Source of the DNA: Neophaeotheca triangularis
Lineage: Eukaryota
Length of the DNA: 64,000 nt
Direction: 5' to 3'
NCBI GenBank assembly: GCA_054600435.1
Contig: BAAIJX010000024.1
Location: 186,001-250,000, forward strand
Shown: in pieces, positions 59,944 through 64,000 of the stretch
Numbering within the stretch: position 1 is the first letter of the stretch
How the letters are laid out: each line of letters begins with the position of its first letter
The notes under the pieces: generated by a model
Databases searched by the model: none
What the model saw: only the letters and a program-made list of their open reading frames with translations
What the model was told of the DNA's origin: nothing
Program-made: the position numbers and the translations under genes

Positions 59944-61600
59944 CGTTTTTCTTAAGATTAACTAAGGATCTATAGCTTCCGGGGTTCTAGGCGTTATTCC
60001 TATCTAGGGCGAGGGAGGATAGGAGGCTAATAGCTTCTGTTATAGGCCTTAGCCTCTTTCCTACTCTTAATCTAGTTTAGCTTAAAGATCCGGGTCTATA
60101 TAAAGTTTAATCTAATTATAGGAACCCTAAGGTAGTCTAACTCGCCCCTAGTTAACTTTAGACTAAACTATCTAGAAGATACTTTAGCTAGAAATTCTAG
60201 TATCTATAAATTACCTAGTCTAAAGCGTACGTGCCCTATAAAGGCTACCTATAACTCCTAACTTTAAGCTTTATAAGCGTAACGCTAGCCCGCCTCCTAC
60301 GAGCTGCGCTCGGTATATTAACCGAGCTTAGCCTAATACTAAAGGAATATGTCCTCGTCCGTCTTAATACATAAGTTAAAGTTATCCGTAAGCTACTATA
60401 AAGTAGCTAGCTACGCTATATTCGGCGTAGTTATACCCTAGGGATAATAGGATCCTCGTCGTACTTAGACAGCTATAGCTTACTAAACTTAGGGGGAGAC
60501 AGTTAAGCTAGACGGAGTAATAACTAGTATACCGCGCGGCCCTACTAGGGGGCTAATCTAAGTAGAACACGGTATAGTCGCTTAATAAGGCGTGATATTA
60601 AAACGAGCGGACCGTAATAGCCCGCGCTATAGAAGTCGCGACGTAGATAGGCTACTTAGCTAATAGACGAAAGGTATAGAGGCTATAAGTACTAGCTCTA
60701 CGTCTATATAGCTTCCTCTTATCTAGTAAGAGGCGAGGCCTCTTAGGTAGCGTATCGCTAGAAATACGCGTAAAATGATAATAGTTAGAGGCTATAGGGG
60801 GAGCTAAATAGCCTTATCTATAAAGGTTAAGGTAACGAGCTCGGGTTCCGAGGCTAGGATGCCCCTACTAAGCTTTATAGAGACCTATACTAAGGTAATA
60901 CGAGGTAGATTTACTAAGACGATAGCTTAGCGCTTAACGGTAGTAATAGCCTTCGTAGGCTATAATACTAAATTGCTACTAGGATTAGACGCCTCGATAA
61001 GGTAAAGTAAGAATTTAACAAACGAAGAGACACTTATTCTATTTAATTAACTATTAGCTTCCCTAAACTCTAGACCCGATAAACCGCCGGGCCCTTACCT
61101 TTCTAAGGAGTATTCGTTCTTAAGCTTAAGTAGCCTAAGTACAAAAAACTAAAGCAAATATCCCGGTATAGCCTAACCTTCTATATATCTTATGTTAAGG
61201 TATATCGCTTTACCTAAAAACCTAAGATCGACGAGAGACTATAGGAGGTAGGCAACTAGTAGGTAACTAGCGAAAGCCCTAATGACGATAATAAAGTACT
61301 CTACCGCGTACGTTAATACTAGCTCGGCAAATAACTAGTACTATTAGCGAGATTTCTACCGTAAGGGTCGAGAAGCTCTACTAACCTTTTTACTTAGTTA
61401 AGCTATACGCGAGCTAGTATTCGAGTAGTTACTAGTAGCAATGTTAGCGTTAATGCGCTTAAGTTTAGTAAGTCTTTTTTCCTAGCTTAGGGGTATAGGA
61501 GCGCTAGCGGGATTTAGTTGTCGTAAGACCGTAGCGGTGCTTTAAAAGGTAGCATTTTTATGTAAGACTTAGTAGTGTTCTAGTAAACGAATGTTTCCGG
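59850..61600 (-). pseudogene. RIP-destroyed gene of about 500 codons, unknown function, intron near 61098-61041
   Basis: GTAAGG..GCTAAT..TAG intron followed by a long frame interrupted only by TAA/TAG. 5' end uncertain. Confidence 0.45.
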
Positions 61601-61749
61601 CTTAGCTAGTCGAGGGCGTAATAGGTAGTATAGAGGTTAATAGCATCTTTAAGATAGACTCGTCGCTAAAGAATTAGTAGAGCGCGCGCCTAACTATTAT
61701 AGTTATGTAATTCGGGGCTACGATAATAAGTTATACTAGATTAGCTAAG

Positions 61750-63395
61750 CTAATAGGCTTTAAAGTTACGTGCTAGAGGTAGGTAGAAGAAATATTGTAG
61801 CTACCCTACTATAAAGAAGCCGCTAATACCCCTATACTTCCTATTATAATCCGTTAAGACAAAAGGAAGCGGCTAGATATTCTACTAAAGATAAGAGCTA
61901 TATAGAACTATTATGATTAAGCATATAGAGACTCGCTCGTATCTTATATTATCTAAGGTAGTAAGCTACTTCGAGTTTAAGTAAAATACGCGACCGAGAT
62001 TATTATTAAGTACTAAAGATAGGCTATATAAGTCTAAAGTTTCTCCCCTTCGACAAGTAGACTATAAGATTTCTAGAACATGATATAGCTATATATACTA
62101 GGTAACGCCTAGGCGGAAAACGCACTACCCTCGACTTACTACTCCGCTTATTAGACGATAAAACTGTAAGTCGTAGCTTATTAACGTAAAAGAGATACTT
62201 ACTAACTCTATAGTAGCGCTTTAACTAACTCGTAGCATATAATAAAGATGTCCTTAACATCGAATAAAAGGCTAAATTGAACTAGCTTAGTTACTACTTC
62301 TAAGAGCTAGCTATAAGTATCGAGGATAGTTCGGAAGACGAGTTATTAGAAGGTAGAAGGAAAGACGTAGGGGAAGGAAATTCGAGAGGCGATAGTAAGT
62401 AGTATAGGAAACGACCGCTCGAAGACTTCGGTAATAGTACGGCGAAGAGACGAGCTATAGCCGTTAAATAATCGGTCGTATAGAGTAAGCGAAATTAGAA
62501 GGGAGGTACTAAGAAGAAGATGAATAAGGAATAGAGTCCTATTAACGCTTTTTAGGGCTTTACTAGCGCTAGGGGCCTTTAGACACTACCTAGTAGTAGC
62601 TAAGGTAACTCTACTCGGGGTAGTCGTAATATATCGCCTTAGTCTACCGCTTCGAGCTATTAGTCTAGTATATTACGGCTAAAGTCGCTCTCGCTACCCG
62701 AAGGCCTACTAATAACGGCCTAAGGCGAGTACGTAACCGTATACACTTTCCTCTTTACTAACGATATTAGAGTTAAGGGTTTCGCCCCTATTAGTAGTAC
62801 CTATACGAGTAGAGATACGTTTATAGATCGGTATCTCTATACGCGGTAGCTTTATAACCATAAGGAAAAGGATTACTCGCGCCTATACTTCTTATTACTC
62901 TAGTATTATGACATAGTAAAACTGATTTACCCTTAAGGCTCGGGTCGTATTAGGAGTAGAATAAGGGAGGTTCTTAGGGCTATTTTAGAAGAAAATAATA
63001 GTGGCGTTAACCCTAAAGACATTATCGACGACATTGTTAAGTAGAGCTTATACGGTAGAAAGATTAACATCTTATATAAGAAGTAGGGTATAGGATACAT
63101 CTTTTTTCTAGCTAAAGTACTAAGCGAGAACTTATAAGTCTTCCTTAATTTCGCTAAATACTACCCTTAGCTTACTAATAGCGATACTTATAGCCTAAAG
63201 AACATGTTTATATCTTCTAGAGATACTTTTAAAGAGGCTATATAGTACCTTAGCGACCTAGGCCTCTATAAGATAGCATAAGAGGAGATAGTAGCTAGCC
63301 TCGCAAATAAGACGCGAAGCCATTTCATTAAAGAGTTCTAAGAGGGGTTTAAGAAGATGGCGGCAGATGCGGAGAGCTCGAGTCACGTAGGCTAG
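61750..63395 (+). pseudogene. RIP-destroyed gene of unknown function; introns 62166-62213 and probably 63134-63193
   Basis: GTAAGT..CTAAC..TAG intron; NLS-like RKRPLED; C-terminal VK*SLYGRKINILYKK*GIGYIFFL; second donor apparently mutated to ATAAGT. Confidence 0.55.
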
Positions 63396-64000
63396 TAGTT
63401 AAAGTTCACGGTCCCTACTTCATGTTATGTAGCCTTAGGATGTAGAGACACACGTATCGTAATATAGAGTTATTAGCTAGGGTCGAGTAGTGAGTGTAGA
63501 AGTGTGTCGCTAGTAGGTCTAGAGTGGCTAGCTTCTAAATTGCTATAAAGAACGGATCGTCTAAAAGTGCTCCACGCCTACTACGTCGCCCCGGGCCGAA
63601 GGAGGGAGACTTTAGATTACTAACTACTCGCCCGAACTATCCGTATACGTTCATTTTGTCATGTATACTATGGCGAAAGTTTTGACAGAGCTTTTTCGAC
63701 TACTAGAGTTTAAGGCGAATGTTCTTTTTCGACTCGATTTCCGTAAGTGTCTCTTTATACTTCTTAGAAGAGAGATTAATCCCTATACTTATAGTAGGCA
63801 CGACGCTAAACGCCTTCACGTTATCATCGATTATAACCCCTAGCTGCTCGAGGCTCTCGAGAGCTTAACCGAGCGAATTAACATAGCCCGCGTTGTCGTT
63901 CAGTAGGCTATCGACGGCGGAACGGAAATCGGGGGAGTTTAAAGTGCTAATAATTAAGTAGGAGAGGTAGTAGGCGTCACTATGCCTAAGCTAATCGGCG

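Larger units (their letters stand above)
39900..64000. mobile_element. RIP-inactivated large multigene block (candidate giant element or segmental duplication), continuing past the window end
   Basis: Shift to TpA-rich, CpA/TpG-poor sequence and loss of long ORFs. Many reading frames are interrupted almost only by TAA/TAG, and several keep phase-consistent introns. The RIP signature is clear; the mobile-element identity is inferred. Confidence 0.55.

Noticed and set aside
39900..64000. Starship captain (DUF3435 tyrosine recombinase) or any DNA transposase or Helitron helicase
   Set aside because: I could not recognise such motifs in any manually restored frame, so the element class remains unassigned.

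Overview
Filamentous ascomycete genomic DNA (short GT-AG introns with CTAAC/CTGAC branch sites, RIP signature; a Dothideomycete affinity is my inference only). The window has two compartments. (1) About 1-38 kb is gene-rich: a small acidic secreted protein, a small membrane protein, a cytochrome b5-like heme/steroid-binding protein, a Cue1-like CUE protein, NOT2, a spliced CVNH-HET fusion, MRP51, a divergent ABCG/PDR transporter + Zn2Cys6 regulator pair, HAUS6, an HD-domain nucleotidase, a C2H2/fungal-TF-domain regulator and RAD55. (2) About 39.5-64 kb is TpA-rich, CpA/TpG-poor and RIP-mutated, and runs off the right edge. Reversing RIP by eye shows it is not just decayed classical transposons. 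It holds about a dozen tightly packed, partly intron-containing dead genes, including a two-repeat Myb protein, a protein with two PD-(D/E)XK-like motifs and an FHA-like protein. This suggests a giant multigene mobile or duplicated element (Starship-like, but no captain recombinase is visible in the window). Nested in it is a full-length Ty3/gypsy chromovirus (223-bp LTRs, AAAGC target-site duplication, Tf1-like self-priming signal) that carries an extra antisense, spliced gene for a six-cysteine Zn-cluster-like protein. All translations of RIP-affected genes are manual reconstructions, and no database searches were run.
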